DNA from: a virus
Strand: one strand, 5' to 3'
Virus record (IMG/VR): IMGVR_UViG_3300042865_000182
Span: 32,001 to 96,000 of that record
DNA length: 64,000 nt
Every line of letters starts with the position of its first letter. Position 1 is the first letter of the stretch. The translations under genes were made by a program, and so were the position numbers. The notes below the pieces were generated by a model. The model ran no database searches, was not told where the DNA came from, and saw only the letters and a program-made list of their open reading frames with translations. Of the stretch, positions 19,830 through 32,100 are shown piece by piece.

Positions 19830-22469
19830 ATGAGATACAGAGTTAAAATAACAGAAGCTCCTGAATTATTCAAAGTAAAAATAACTCAGCCTCCAAAAGC
19901 AAAAACAGGTTATCAAATTGAGGGATCATTGGCTAATGATCTTTCTGCATTTGGTGGTGGTAATCTAAAACTTACAGAACCTAAAGCTGTAGCTACTAAA
20001 ACTATTACTAAGGTGCCTAGAGATCAAGCTAACTTAGAAGCTGAAGGTGGAGAAACTGTATTAACATTTGATCCATCTGGATATCCTTTATTTTATGAAA
20101 TAAAAGGTCCTAGACATAGTGCTAATGGTGTTCCATTAAATCTTCCGGATGATAGTTTTATATTTAGTGATACTAAAGAAATGATAATTAAGGATCCTGT
20201 TATTCTTAAAATGTTTAATAAATCACCTAAAAAAGGATATACTCCAGCAGATTTATCTAAACAATTTTTATCATTAAATAAATATAGAATGACTATGCAG
20301 GATCCTACTTCAGATAAAGTAGAGATAAAAACTGCAGAGTTAATGATAAAGAAAAGTATTATTAAACTAGGAGCATTAGCATTAGCTCAGGAAGCTAAGA
20401 AAGGATTCCCACAAGGTATTCCAGCTGTAGCTAAACAATATATGGAAGCTAATGGTATTACTGAACAAGATATACTACCAGATCAACCAGAACAAGAATC
20501 ACCAGCACAAGCAGGTCAAGCTATTGATATGGGTCAGGCTATGGCAGAAGGAGCACCTCAACAAGCTATTGAAGCTAATGAACCTCCAATGATGCCAGAT
20601 GGTTCTCCTGTTGCAATGCCTGAAGAACAAATGATGCAACAACAACCCCCAATGCAACCAGGTATGAAACATGGTGGAATGTTAAGACACGCTAATAAAG
20701 GTTTACAAGTTGCATTAAATAAAATCACAGTTAGTGTAAAAAATGCTCTTGATCAAGGAAAAGAAATGGAAGATATCCTTCTTGAGCTTATACAAAGTAA
20801 TGTAACCCCAGAAGATCTAATTACAGTATTGGGTAATCTTGCTATTCCAGAAATGAAGGCAAAAGAAATGGTTACAGATGCACTTAATACCTTACAAGAA
20901 CAAGCTGCTCAACAAAGACAAATGATGGCTCAGCAACAAGCAGCTCAAATGGGACAACAACCAGGAATGCAAGCTCCACAACAAGGACAACCTTCTCCAG
21001 AGCAAATGATGGCTATGGCTCAACAGATGCCACAAGAACAAATGCAACAAGCTCCTATGGCTATGTATGGAATGTCTATGGGTGGTTATAATATGCCTTT
21101 CTATAACAATCCTAATGAAATGGCTTATGGTGGTTTTTTAAGAGAAGCAGGTAATGGTGAAATTGTAAAAGGTAAAAAAGGTGACGTATCTGCAACAAAA
21201 AAAAGTAAAGCTGAATTTGAATCTTATAAAGGAACTCCAACTACTACAGCTAGTGGTAAAAAAGCTAAATACTTATTTGAATCTAACCCTGAAAGAGTTA
21301 GAAAAGATCAAGCGATAACTAATGCTGGAAATCCCGCAAACTTTAATAGAGGTGCTTGGGAAAAAACTTTATGTGATGAAATAAAAGGCGGATCAACAGT
21401 TGATGATATTTTAAAAAGACACTATAGCGGTCAAGAAGCTTATAGAGCGCAAGTACTAAGCATGTTTGCTGATTGTTTCAAAGAAGCTGAAGAAAAGTTT
21501 AAAGAAAGAGAAGAAGCAATTTACTTAGATGAAGAACCTGTTACAACAACTACTACTGAAGAAGAAGAATGTGTATGTACTGATCCTATGACAGGTCAAG
21601 AAACTGTATTTCCTAAAAATGCTGATGGTACTTGTACTCCATGTGAAGCATATCAAATGGAAGAAAGCCAAATGCAGATGCCTGGGCAAATGAAACCAAG
21701 AGGATTACAGTATCTTCCTGAAGATAAGTTAAATCTTGGCATTGCCTTAGCTCAAAGATATGAAAATCTTCCTCCTATAATGGGTAAAGCTCCTGGTGTT
21801 AGAGAACAAGCTGAAAGAGTTGATTATATGGGTCAAGCTGAATTAGCAAAAGGTATGACACAAGGTACTATAAATGCAATTCAAAAAATGGCTGCTAATA
21901 ATCCTGGCGGAGCTTTAGCTGCTATGTTTGCAGCACAAAGAGGATCTCAAGGAGACATAATTAACTTAGCATCTCAAACAAATGCACAGAATGCAGATAG
22001 AGCCACAGCTTTAAATAAAGCAAATACACAACATCAGTGGAATCAATTACTATTAGATAAAGATGCATCTGATATATATAACCAAAGACAAGCAACTTGG
22101 GCAAGTAATAAAGCACAAGATTTTAGTAATTACTGGGCTAATGTAGGTGATAAATTTGCTAAGATGAAAGGTAATGCTAGAACACTTGCTGCTGTTAATG
22201 AAGCTCAAGGTATGAAATGGAATATTGATCCTATTACAGGTGAAGAGTATTATGTTAATGCAAATAATAAAGTTATTACACCAGAGAAACCTGCTGAAGA
22301 TTTTGCAACAAAAATGGCAAGATTTAAAGCTATGGGTATTACTGATAATTCAGATGTATTAAGAGCAATGGATCTTGAAAGAAAAATGAATGTAACTAAG
22401 TTTGGTGGTATAGCATATAAAAATGGAGGTTATGTTTATGCTGATATTTTATATCCATTTATACTGTGA
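19830..22469 (+). CDS. Putative internal cargo protein (crAss-like 'EAEGGE...GPRH' domain), Q/M-rich
   Basis: 879 aa; 'NLEAEGGETV...GPRHSANGVPL...FIFSD'; MKHGG, MAYGG, KFGG, KNGG motifs. Confidence 0.55.
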   Translation: MRYRVKITEAPELFKVKITQPPKAKTGYQIEGSLANDLSAFGGGNLKLTEPKAVATKTITKVPRDQANLEAEGGETVLTFDPSGYPLFYEIKGPRHSANGVPLNLPDDSFIFSDTKEMIIKDPVILKMFNKSPKKGYTPADLSKQFLSLNKYRMTMQDPTSDKVEIKTAELMIKKSIIKLGALALAQEAKKGFPQGIPAVAKQYMEANGITEQDILPDQPEQESPAQAGQAIDMGQAMAEGAPQQAIEANEPPMMPDGSPVAMPEEQMMQQQPPMQPGMKHGGMLRHANKGLQVALNKITVSVKNALDQGKEMEDILLELIQSNVTPEDLITVLGNLAIPEMKAKEMVTDALNTLQEQAAQQRQMMAQQQAAQMGQQPGMQAPQQGQPSPEQMMAMAQQMPQEQMQQAPMAMYGMSMGGYNMPFYNNPNEMAYGGFLREAGNGEIVKGKKGDVSATKKSKAEFESYKGTPTTTASGKKAKYLFESNPERVRKDQAITNAGNPANFNRGAWEKTLCDEIKGGSTVDDILKRHYSGQEAYRAQVLSMFADCFKEAEEKFKEREEAIYLDEEPVTTTTTEEEECVCTDPMTGQETVFPKNADGTCTPCEAYQMEESQMQMPGQMKPRGLQYLPEDKLNLGIALAQRYENLPPIMGKAPGVREQAERVDYMGQAELAKGMTQGTINAIQKMAANNPGGALAAMFAAQRGSQGDIINLASQTNAQNADRATALNKANTQHQWNQLLLDKDASDIYNQRQATWASNKAQDFSNYWANVGDKFAKMKGNARTLAAVNEAQGMKWNIDPITGEEYYVNANNKVITPEKPAEDFATKMARFKAMGITDNSDVLRAMDLERKMNVTKFGGIAYKNGGYVYADILYPFIL

Positions 22470-22520
22470 TAAACTTAACAGGTTTATTAAACTTATAAAA
22501 TTTTAATAGTTTTACAATAT
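22470..22520 (+). promoter_or_regulatory. Palindrome TAAAC-N7-GTTTA plus TAATAGTTTT element upstream of the giant-protein operon
   Basis: Near-copy of 16297-16340. Confidence 0.5.
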
Positions 22521-22534
22521 AGAATTATAAACAT

Positions 22535-25500
22535 ATGGGTACCTATTTACAAGGAGTTCAATCTATAATACCATCTATTCAACCACATGATACTGGATTG
22601 AATATGGTTGCTAATTTATTGCAACTTAAGCAAAATCAATATGATTCAAATTATAAGCAGTTAAACAAAATGTATGGTCAGTTTTATTATGCTGATCTTA
22701 CAAGAGATGACAATATTAAAAGGAGAGATGCAACAGTTCAACAAATTGACTTAGACTTAAAAAGAATAGCAGGTTTAGATTTATCTTCTGAACAAAATGT
22801 GCAACAAGCTATGCAAGTATTTAAGCCTTTCTATGAAGATGGTGCTTTAATGAAAGATATGGCTTGGACAAAAAACTTTAATAATACATATGGTGCTGCA
22901 GAAGGTTTGCTTAAAAGTGATGATGAGAAAGCTAGAAAACAGTATTGGGATGATGGTATAAGAGAATTACAATATAGGAGAGAGGAATTTAAGAATGCTA
23001 CTCCCGAAGAAGCAATGGGTGCTGGTAATGTAGTTTATACTCCATATATAAATGTAGCTGAGAAAACTAGAGAGCTTGCAAAAAAAGCTGGTTTATCATT
23101 TGAAAAAACTAGCATGAGTGCAGATGGTAAGTGGATACTTAAAAATAAAAATGGACAACTTCTTGTTGAACCCTTATCTAATTTATTTGAAGCTGAGTTA
23201 GGAAGAGATCCAGCAGTACAAGCTGTGTATAAAACACAGGCATATGTAAATCGTAAAGATTTTGCAAGAGGTGAAGCAGGTAAGTTTGGTGGAGAGAGAG
23301 AGGCTGAAATGGAATATTTAAGAGATGCCTATGGTAAAATGAAAAAAATTACAGAAAATAGACATGCTGATAAACAAGCCAATGCTAAAGTCTATGATTC
23401 TCAAATTGCAGATATACAAAAACAAATAAAACAACGAGGGTCAGATCCTTTATTAGAAAGAGAACTTGAAAAATATCAAGAAGCAAAAAAAGTTAATGAT
23501 GAGATATTAGGTAAATTAGATGAACAATTAAATCAATTTAACAATGCATACTCAAGCAGTGGTAACACAAGTACTGGTCAATTTCAAAATCCTTATAAGG
23601 ATATAAATCAACTTAGAAATGTAGTTGATGGCAACATGGCTAACATGTTAATGAATGAAGACTTAATGAATGCTGCTACAACTTTAGCATATACAGATGC
23701 TAAAGAAGACTTTAAAGAAAATCCATATGCTGTATTAGATGTTAAGCATGCACATCAAATGTCTGAGATAAATGCAGCAGGTTCTTGGAGATATCAAACT
23801 GAACAATTAAAAGCTCAAAGTAGATTACAAGCAATACAAGCCAAGGCTTATTATGATGAGTTTACTTATAGTGGAGAAAAGAAAGCTGCTAAAGCGTCAT
23901 CTTCAAGCTCTTCTGGTAAAAGTTTATCATACCAAGATGTTGCAACAGCTAACTTAACTATAAAAAATCCTGATGCATCTGAAGAAGATAAAAAAGAAGC
24001 TAGAGAAACAATAATTAAATTTGAAAAACAAGAACAAAAAGAACAAGAAGGTTCATTTAAAACTAAAGACAGAGAAAGTGCAACTGTATTACCTGGTCAA
24101 AATACACTTGATTTAGCTACAAAAGGTGGTACTACTATGTTTGATGCACAAGGTAAACCTGCTATGGTAGCTTTAATCAACATGTATAAAAAACAAATGG
24201 CTGCTGATTTAATGACAAAACAACAATTTGCACAAGCAATGGGTCTTAATTCTCATGTATTAAATGAAGGTCAATTAAAAAGTCCAGCATATCAAGGTAA
24301 AGGTGAGGGTGGATTACCATCATATACAGAAATGCATGAGTTAGCAACAAATCCAGATAAGTTATTAGAAAAGGTAAATTCTAAAAATGGCTTTGAGTAT
24401 ATCATGACTATGACTAATATGAAAAAAGCACCAACTGTTGTAACCAGCCCGACTAAAAAAATTGACCCTTATCTTGAAGCTGATGCAAAGAAAAGAGGTT
24501 ATGCTATTTACACTAGAGATGCATCAGGTAAAACAAATCTTTATAAAGACTATAGTCCACAAAATAATGCATATTCAAGAAACCCAGAGTTTAATTATTT
24601 AAACACTGTTATATCTAATGGTGCAAAATACATAAATACAAATCCAAAAAATACTCCAGTTCAAGAAGCACTTGATCAAGGACTTGGTCAAAAACTTGTA
24701 AATGCAAATCTTATTACAGATAACATGCAGGATTACAAGAACTATAGAGATAAAAGTAAACAAGCTGTAATAGATCATATGTATGGCAAGCTTGAGAAAG
24801 ATCCTGAAATGATTAAAAATTTTGGGACACCAATCTTTAAGAATGGTAAATATACAGGAACTGATATGAGTAGATTAAGAGAGGAGTTGGAAAATATGTA
24901 TACTTACTCTGGTAATCTTAATACTGACTATAAACCAAAAACTAACTATCAATTAGAAGCTGAAAGAGAAAGATATGTAAGAAATACACCTTTGTCAACA
25001 GGTAAAAGTGTATTAGGTGTTCCTGATTGGAGACGTACAATATATTCTCAAGATAAATTTGCTGCAGCAATTGAACAAGCAGGAGAAGATGCAGCTGGAG
25101 GTGGTAATTATTATAATTTAAAAGATATTGATAAAACAGAAAAAGATGTAAGTGAAGGGCTTTCTAGTAAATTTGCTACCGAATTTGCAAATAGTATAAG
25201 AGCTATTTACAAAGATGAAGCAATGACAAAAGAAGGTACAGCAATTGATGTAACTAGTAATATTCCTGTCCCAGGATTTAGACAAGTTTCTGATGGATCT
25301 GGTGTGGGTATGTTAGGTTTATCCACAACAGTAAACTTAGCCGCAAACACAGATGGTACTCAAGCATTTTATCAATTTTTAAATAACTGGGATAATCTTA
25401 AAAATAATCTTGATGGTTTAGAAAGTGTAATCAGCTTTAAAGGAACAACTGTAACTGGTTTTAATTCTGGTAAAGTTGATGAAGATAAAAAATTTGCTGA

Positions 25501-26158
25501 TAGCACAACCGGTTTAGGTAAAAGAATACTTGATGAGTTTATTAAATGGACTTCAAATCATGGTACTGCTGCAGATAAATTTGACATGGATGCCCAAAGA
25601 GTTGCTGTACAAAATATGGATCTTGGATCTATGACATTAATGTTACCTGAAAAATTCTTAAAATCAATTCTTAAAGATGAAGAAAAAAATCCTGATGGTT
25701 ATTTAGGAGAAACAGATTATGAAAATCTTACTAAATATGGTTTGTCAGTTATTGCACCAAATTCTAAATTTGATAATATAATGCATAATTCTATGACTAC
25801 TCCTCTTGCTGCTCATGTTAATTACAGAGGTGATTATACATATGAACATCCAACAGGACTTGGGACTTATAGAATTAGAAAAGGTGGTGAAAATGAACCT
25901 GAGTTCATTAGTGAACTTACATATAAAAGATATGATGGTTCTATAATTGGATCACCAATTACCAATTCAAGTGTAAATTTTGGTAGAAACTTAGAAGGAG
26001 ACATGGATGATGCAATTGGTGAATTAAATGATTGGGCATCATTTGGTATAAAACAAGTAATGCAACAACAACAAAATATTCAAATGCAAACTCCAGCAAA
26101 TGTAATTCAAAATCAACCAGCACAACAACAATCATTTAATTTTGGACAACCTGATTAA
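22535..26158 (+). CDS. Large virion ejection/cargo protein (1207 aa, no Cys)
   Basis: Long helical ORF, first of four giant genes in the crAss-like ejection cluster. Confidence 0.65.
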   Translation: MGTYLQGVQSIIPSIQPHDTGLNMVANLLQLKQNQYDSNYKQLNKMYGQFYYADLTRDDNIKRRDATVQQIDLDLKRIAGLDLSSEQNVQQAMQVFKPFYEDGALMKDMAWTKNFNNTYGAAEGLLKSDDEKARKQYWDDGIRELQYRREEFKNATPEEAMGAGNVVYTPYINVAEKTRELAKKAGLSFEKTSMSADGKWILKNKNGQLLVEPLSNLFEAELGRDPAVQAVYKTQAYVNRKDFARGEAGKFGGEREAEMEYLRDAYGKMKKITENRHADKQANAKVYDSQIADIQKQIKQRGSDPLLERELEKYQEAKKVNDEILGKLDEQLNQFNNAYSSSGNTSTGQFQNPYKDINQLRNVVDGNMANMLMNEDLMNAATTLAYTDAKEDFKENPYAVLDVKHAHQMSEINAAGSWRYQTEQLKAQSRLQAIQAKAYYDEFTYSGEKKAAKASSSSSSGKSLSYQDVATANLTIKNPDASEEDKKEARETIIKFEKQEQKEQEGSFKTKDRESATVLPGQNTLDLATKGGTTMFDAQGKPAMVALINMYKKQMAADLMTKQQFAQAMGLNSHVLNEGQLKSPAYQGKGEGGLPSYTEMHELATNPDKLLEKVNSKNGFEYIMTMTNMKKAPTVVTSPTKKIDPYLEADAKKRGYAIYTRDASGKTNLYKDYSPQNNAYSRNPEFNYLNTVISNGAKYINTNPKNTPVQEALDQGLGQKLVNANLITDNMQDYKNYRDKSKQAVIDHMYGKLEKDPEMIKNFGTPIFKNGKYTGTDMSRLREELENMYTYSGNLNTDYKPKTNYQLEAERERYVRNTPLSTGKSVLGVPDWRRTIYSQDKFAAAIEQAGEDAAGGGNYYNLKDIDKTEKDVSEGLSSKFATEFANSIRAIYKDEAMTKEGTAIDVTSNIPVPGFRQVSDGSGVGMLGLSTTVNLAANTDGTQAFYQFLNNWDNLKNNLDGLESVISFKGTTVTGFNSGKVDEDKKFADSTTGLGKRILDEFIKWTSNHGTAADKFDMDAQRVAVQNMDLGSMTLMLPEKFLKSILKDEEKNPDGYLGETDYENLTKYGLSVIAPNSKFDNIMHNSMTTPLAAHVNYRGDYTYEHPTGLGTYRIRKGGENEPEFISELTYKRYDGSIIGSPITNSSVNFGRNLEGDMDDAIGELNDWASFGIKQVMQQQQNIQMQTPANVIQNQPAQQQSFNFGQPD

Positions 26159-26166
26159 TAAAAGCT

Positions 26167-29100
26167 ATGCCAGAAAATATTCCTTTAAGTAATAGATTAT
26201 TATCCTCAGCAGGTATTAATCCATATGAGCAACAACAAAGTAATAAAGTTGAACCACCTCCATTTTTACAAAATGATATTAGTAAACAACTAAATGGAAA
26301 TGTACAAAAACCATTAACAGATGAAGAATATGTAGCAGAACGTGGTATGAAATGGTTGGGTAGAAGTTTGGGCAGACAAGATAGAAATGCTCAAATGACT
26401 CCTTATACATATAATGCAGGTGCAGGTAGTAATTCTTTTTATAAAACGTATCGTGCATTTGGTCAAAAAACATTTGATGAAGTTGGATTCAGTCCCTTTA
26501 AAAATAATGATGAAGCTTTTAATGCACAAACTAGTTTTTTAGATAGATTTTCAAGAACTATAGTACATGGTTTTGCACCATTATTTGCAAGAGGTTTTGT
26601 ATCTGGTCCTAAGAGTATGGCAAGAATGCTACAAGGAGATTTTGGAGATGATCCTGAAGATGCAAGAAAATATGCTGAAGCAGCTGCAATAGCACAAGAT
26701 ACTTCAGGAGGTGTTGGTGCTTTCTTTAATAATAGCCTAATGAATTTTGGTTATAGTGCAGCTATTATTACTGAAGCTATTGCAGAAGAACTTGCATTAA
26801 GTGCAATGGGTGGTATTGGTGGTGCAGCAAACTTGCCTAGATTTTTTGCTAAATTAGGTAAAGCTGCTAGTGGTGTTAAAGGATTTTCTACAGTAGTTGA
26901 TACAGCTGCTGGTTTAGGTAAGTCTATTAAATCACTTACAAATGTAAATAAAGCTAGAGAGTTTTTTAATGCTGCTAAAATTGAAGCGGGTCTTGAAACA
27001 AGATTAGGAAAGTTTGCTAACTTTTTTAATCCAGCAGAAAACTTACTAGAAACAGGACTTGATATTGCAAAAAATACAAAACAACTAAAAGGTTGGCAAA
27101 GATTTAATAATGCAACATTTAAAACTGCAGGAGCATTATATAGAGATGTCCGTAATATAAATATGGCATTATCTGAGGCAAGGCTTGAAGGTGGCTTTGC
27201 AAGAAATGATACATTTGATCAATTGTTTAATGATTATAGAAGTAAACATAATGGTCAACTTCCATCTGAAGAGATGAGAAATGCAATGATGAAAGAAGCC
27301 AATGAAGCTTCTAAACATTCACTTCTTGCAAATACACTACTTATTTATGCTAGTAATAAAATTACATTTGGCAATGTAGTTAATCCTAAATCAGGATTGT
27401 CTAGAGTGATATCTAAAAGAGTTGCTGAAGTTCAAAAAATGGCTGGTAGAACTACAATAAGAGAATTTACCAAAAGAACATTAGCTAGTGGTAAAGAATT
27501 ACTTACTCCAAAATTATCAACTGTAAAAGGTATTTGGGCTACAGCAAAAAAACAAGGTGTACAAAAAGCTGTTAAAGGTGTTATTGGTTACACTAAAGCT
27601 AACTTAATGGAAGGTGCACAAGAAGTGCTTCAAGAAGTTATTGCAGATACTGCTAAAAATTATCATTTACAAGCTTTCTATTCTCAACCTGTTGGTGAAT
27701 ATATGTATACTAAAGCTCAGCTTGATGCAATGAAAGAAAAAGGATTCTCAGGTATTTTAGGAGAAGCTTTTGAAAAACAACGGAGTTGGCAAGGACTTGA
27801 AACATTTGCATCAGGTTTTGTAATGGGTGCATTTGCATCACCATTAAACAGAGCCTTACCGTTTGCTCAAGAAAAATATATGCAAATCTTTAAAAATGAA
27901 CAGTATAAAGCAAATAAAGATATTATAGATAACTATGTAAATAGAATGACTAAATCTGTTAATGATACATTTGCTAAAAATCCTATTGAGTTTTATAATT
28001 CTAGAATTTTTGGTTTAGGTACTCAAACTGAATTAGCAAATGTAATTGATGGAGGTGATGCAAAGAGTTCTAGAGATGGTAAAGATGAAGCCACTATAAA
28101 AAGTATTACAGACTTAATTAAGATGGATAGTCTTAATATCTGGACAGATTACATGGAATCTTTAAAAGAATTAACTACTGAAGAGTATGCTGAAGCTGTT
28201 GGTATTTCTGTTGAAGAAGCACAAGGTCATACTGAAAAGTTAGATAAAGTAATTAATAGAGCTAAGGAGATAGAAAAAACATATAACCAATATAACAAAA
28301 AGTTTCCTAATCCTATTGATCTAAATGACTATGAAAAAGGAACTAAGGAATATGAAAAAGCTGAAATCTATCATACAGCTTGGGAAGAAGGTAAAAAGAA
28401 TGTAATTTTCTATCATGAGAATTATAAAGATACTTTAACAAGAATGCAAAGTATTTTTCAATCTATTGCAGAAGAAAAGTTACTTGGTAAGATAGACCCT
28501 AATAGAGTGCAAGCTTTATTTAAAGATGATAAATTAGCTGGTGAAATACAGATACTTGAGAGTGAGGTTGAAGGATTAAGAGGAATGACAGATCCTGTAT
28601 CTAAAAGAAAATTTAAGGAAACAGAAAGAACACTGGGTGTTTTAAAAGAGTATCAACAAGATTATGAAAACTTTATGGATCATTTCTTTGAATCAGGTAT
28701 GGTTGAAGAAGTAGATACAGAAGGTAAAGTTGTGAGAACTGAATTAGATAATCAAGTAATAAATAAATTAGAAAGCTCATTTAAGAGTTATATGAAAGCA
28801 CTTGCTAAGCAAAGTGATGATATAATATTAGATGATAGTATAGATGATGCTTTTGAAAAACTTATTGACTATTATAAATTAGGAAGAGAAGCAAATAAAC
28901 TTTCTGATACAGTAAATATGTTAAATAATCCAGAAGGATTCATGGATCATATTGAGAAAACATATGATTGGATGTATGAGATGTGGAATAACAGAGAAGA
29001 ATACATCCGAGACAACATAAATAAGCAGCTTGAAACACTTAAATTTAACCAGTTGTTAAATGACATGGCTGCAGTTGGTGTTTATGTTGACTTAAATGCA

Positions 29101-32100
29101 TTTGCAGAATTTAAAAATACAGGAGTAATACCTACTGAATTTTTTGATAATGTTAATAAAAGAGTAATTAAAAAAGGTAGTCCACTATATGAACAAGTAG
29201 CTAATAGATTTCAAGGTTTAGCAGTTATGCAACAAATACTTGAAGCTAATAAACCAACAAGTGAAAAACAAAAAGAAGAACTAGCTAGACTAGATGCAGA
29301 AGAAGCTGCTGCAATTGCAAGATTACCTAAAGTTTCTACTAAATTAGTTGTAAGAAATATAGATAATAAAGAAGATTTTAGCTTAAGAGTTGTAAATGAT
29401 CAATTATCTGAAGGTCAGAGTGTTGATGTTACTTATGAAGAAGATAGTGAACAAAAATCTGCTGTATTTTATAAAGATGCAAATGGTGTATTAAGATATG
29501 ATAATGAGCAAGGTGAGCCTGTTGATCTTAAGTTAAGTGTTAAATTTAATAGTGGACAAATTTTTGAAATACAAAATAGGCCAACAGATGAAGATGTTGC
29601 AGAAGTAAAAAAACAATATGATGCATTAAGAGCTGAGGCAGCAGAAAAGTTCATTGATGAAGGTATAAAACCATTTACAGCTGAAGATATAGCTGAGTTA
29701 GATGCAATAAATGCTGATACACCAGTAGAAGCAATGCCTGCTGATTTAAAACAACAACTTGTTGATGCTTATGATGATTACAGAGAAAGACCTGAGAATA
29801 AAAACATGTTTCCAGCATCTCTTACTGAAGAAGATTTACAAAATAAATTTGAAATATTTATTAAATCTGAACCAGAAGCATTAGAGATTATTGAGAAATA
29901 TGTAAAAGATAAAAAGTTAGAAGCTGCAACAACACCAGCAGGAGAAGTAATAGTTCCTAAAATTACTCTTCCTAATGGAGAAGTTATATCTGCAGATGAG
30001 GCAACTGATGCTATATTAGATGCAACACTACAAAGATATAGAATGCTGATTGCTGAGTTAAGTTCAAAAGGAGATGAAATGACAGATGATGAAAGAAAGA
30101 ACTTAGCTATCTATAAAAGCAAAGCCAACATACTTTCTGGATATATTGAAAACAAAAGGATTGGTGAGATGAGTCCTGAACTTAAAGCAGCCAAAGCTAA
30201 AATTGATTTGCTTTTAAAAGAACAAGATAAAATCAAGAAACTAAAAACAGGCTATGATGTAGAAGGAGAGATACTCAGAAGAGTAAGTAATGTAATTGAA
30301 GTTCTTAAAGATAAGAAATATGAGTATCCAAGAATGCAGGATATCAGAGTTATCTTTAATATGACAATTGGAGCTGGTGGAACAGTATCTGACTTCATGA
30401 CTCAATTAAAGAATGCCAAGCTTCCAGGATTTAGTGAAGATACATATGACGCACTTGAAGAAGATATAAAAGAGTTTATGACTCTTACCAGTATAACTGA
30501 TCAAGATGTACTTAAACTTCAACTTGAAGGACTAAAAGAAGATCTTAAAGTAGAAGAAGGTGAGTTTGGTAATCCGGAAAGAGCTCTTGAAATAAGAAAT
30601 CAGATAGCTATTCTTGAGAAACAAGTTAAACAAGAAGCTCCTACCACTAATCAAGCTGACATAGAAGCTAAGAGAGCTGAAGGAACTAATGTTAGAGGTA
30701 CTACTTATAAAGGAGAAACTACTGAAAAAGATGGATTAAAAGTTACTGAGTATTCTGAGTTTAGACCTGATGGAAAAAGAATTTCTAAAGGTGGTAGAAT
30801 AATGTTACCTGCAGAATTTATAGAAGAGTATAATATAACTGATCAAGATTATTTAGATAGTCTTGAAGGAGCTGCAGAAATAAGAGTATATCAAGTAAGA
30901 GTAGGAAAAGATGGTAAATCAAGTATAAGCATACAAGGAACTTTTCCAGAAGGAAATGTAGAAATGGAAGTTGGGGGTAAAGAATCAATTGCATCAACTA
31001 CAACTCCTGTTGCTGATATAGAAAAAAGAACTACAAAAATAATATCTTCAGAAACTGTAGAAAAAGGAAATAAAAAAGGAGAAACAAGAACAGTAACACA
31101 AACTAATTCTGTAGAAGATTTACAGGGTACAACAGTAAGTGTGACAGAGTATGAAGCAAAAGTTGGAGATACTACAGTTACTCTAGGAGGTAGGAAAATG
31201 ACTTTTAAAGAGTTTAAAGAAGAATTTCCACTAGATGAGGATTATGAAGAAATACTTGGAGATTGGCCAGATTTAAATGATGATACAATAATTACAGTAA
31301 GAAAAGTAAAAAGAACTCCGAGTAGTTCAAGGTTTAAAACTGTTGTAACTATTGTTAGCCCTGTATTAGGGGATAAAATGGATGTAATAATTAAACAAGA
31401 TGATGCTAAATATGATGCAGAACTAGATGCTTTAGAAGGACCTGCTAATCAAGCTGAGATAAATGCTAAGAAAGCTGAGTTAAATAAATTAAAAGAAACT
31501 AAAGAAAACCTATCACATCCATATGATAAATTAACAACTGCTGCAGAAAAAGCAAACTGGATTGAGAAAAATACTAGAGTAGTTAGAAGTGCTTTTAAAA
31601 CTGATGAAGAGTATATTAATTATTATGAAACTAATAGAAATAAATTTATTAATGCAATAGCTCAAGGAAAATCTAAAGTTGATGCAATGTTAGCAATAGA
31701 TTCAATTAATGTTGAGTACTACAGTAATCCTAAAAATGAAAAAGCATTAAATGAAGATTATGCTAATGTGTTGCGCAGTTATGCTGTTCCGTTAGCTTTA
31801 ACAAGTGAACAAAAAGCATATACTAGTACTGGTAAAATTGTTTCTTTATTAGATGGTGTTAATATTAAAATTGATGAATTAACTAAAGAAATAGCTGAAT
31901 TAGAAAAAGCAACTACTGCACCTGCTGTTGAAGCTTCTGTAAGTTATGAAGATCTAGTAGCTAAATCAAGAAGTGAGGTTGGTGTTATTGGACCTAACTT
32001 GTCTTTTATATTCTTTGGTAATTTACAGAATGCTATTAAAAATGGTCAGGTAAGATCTAAAGAAGAATTAAATAAAATCATAGCTGACTGGAATGATTCT

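Noticed and set aside
20500-21130. Q/M/P-rich tract as a nucleotide tandem repeat
   Set aside because: Low complexity at protein level with varied codons; no discrete repeat unit.
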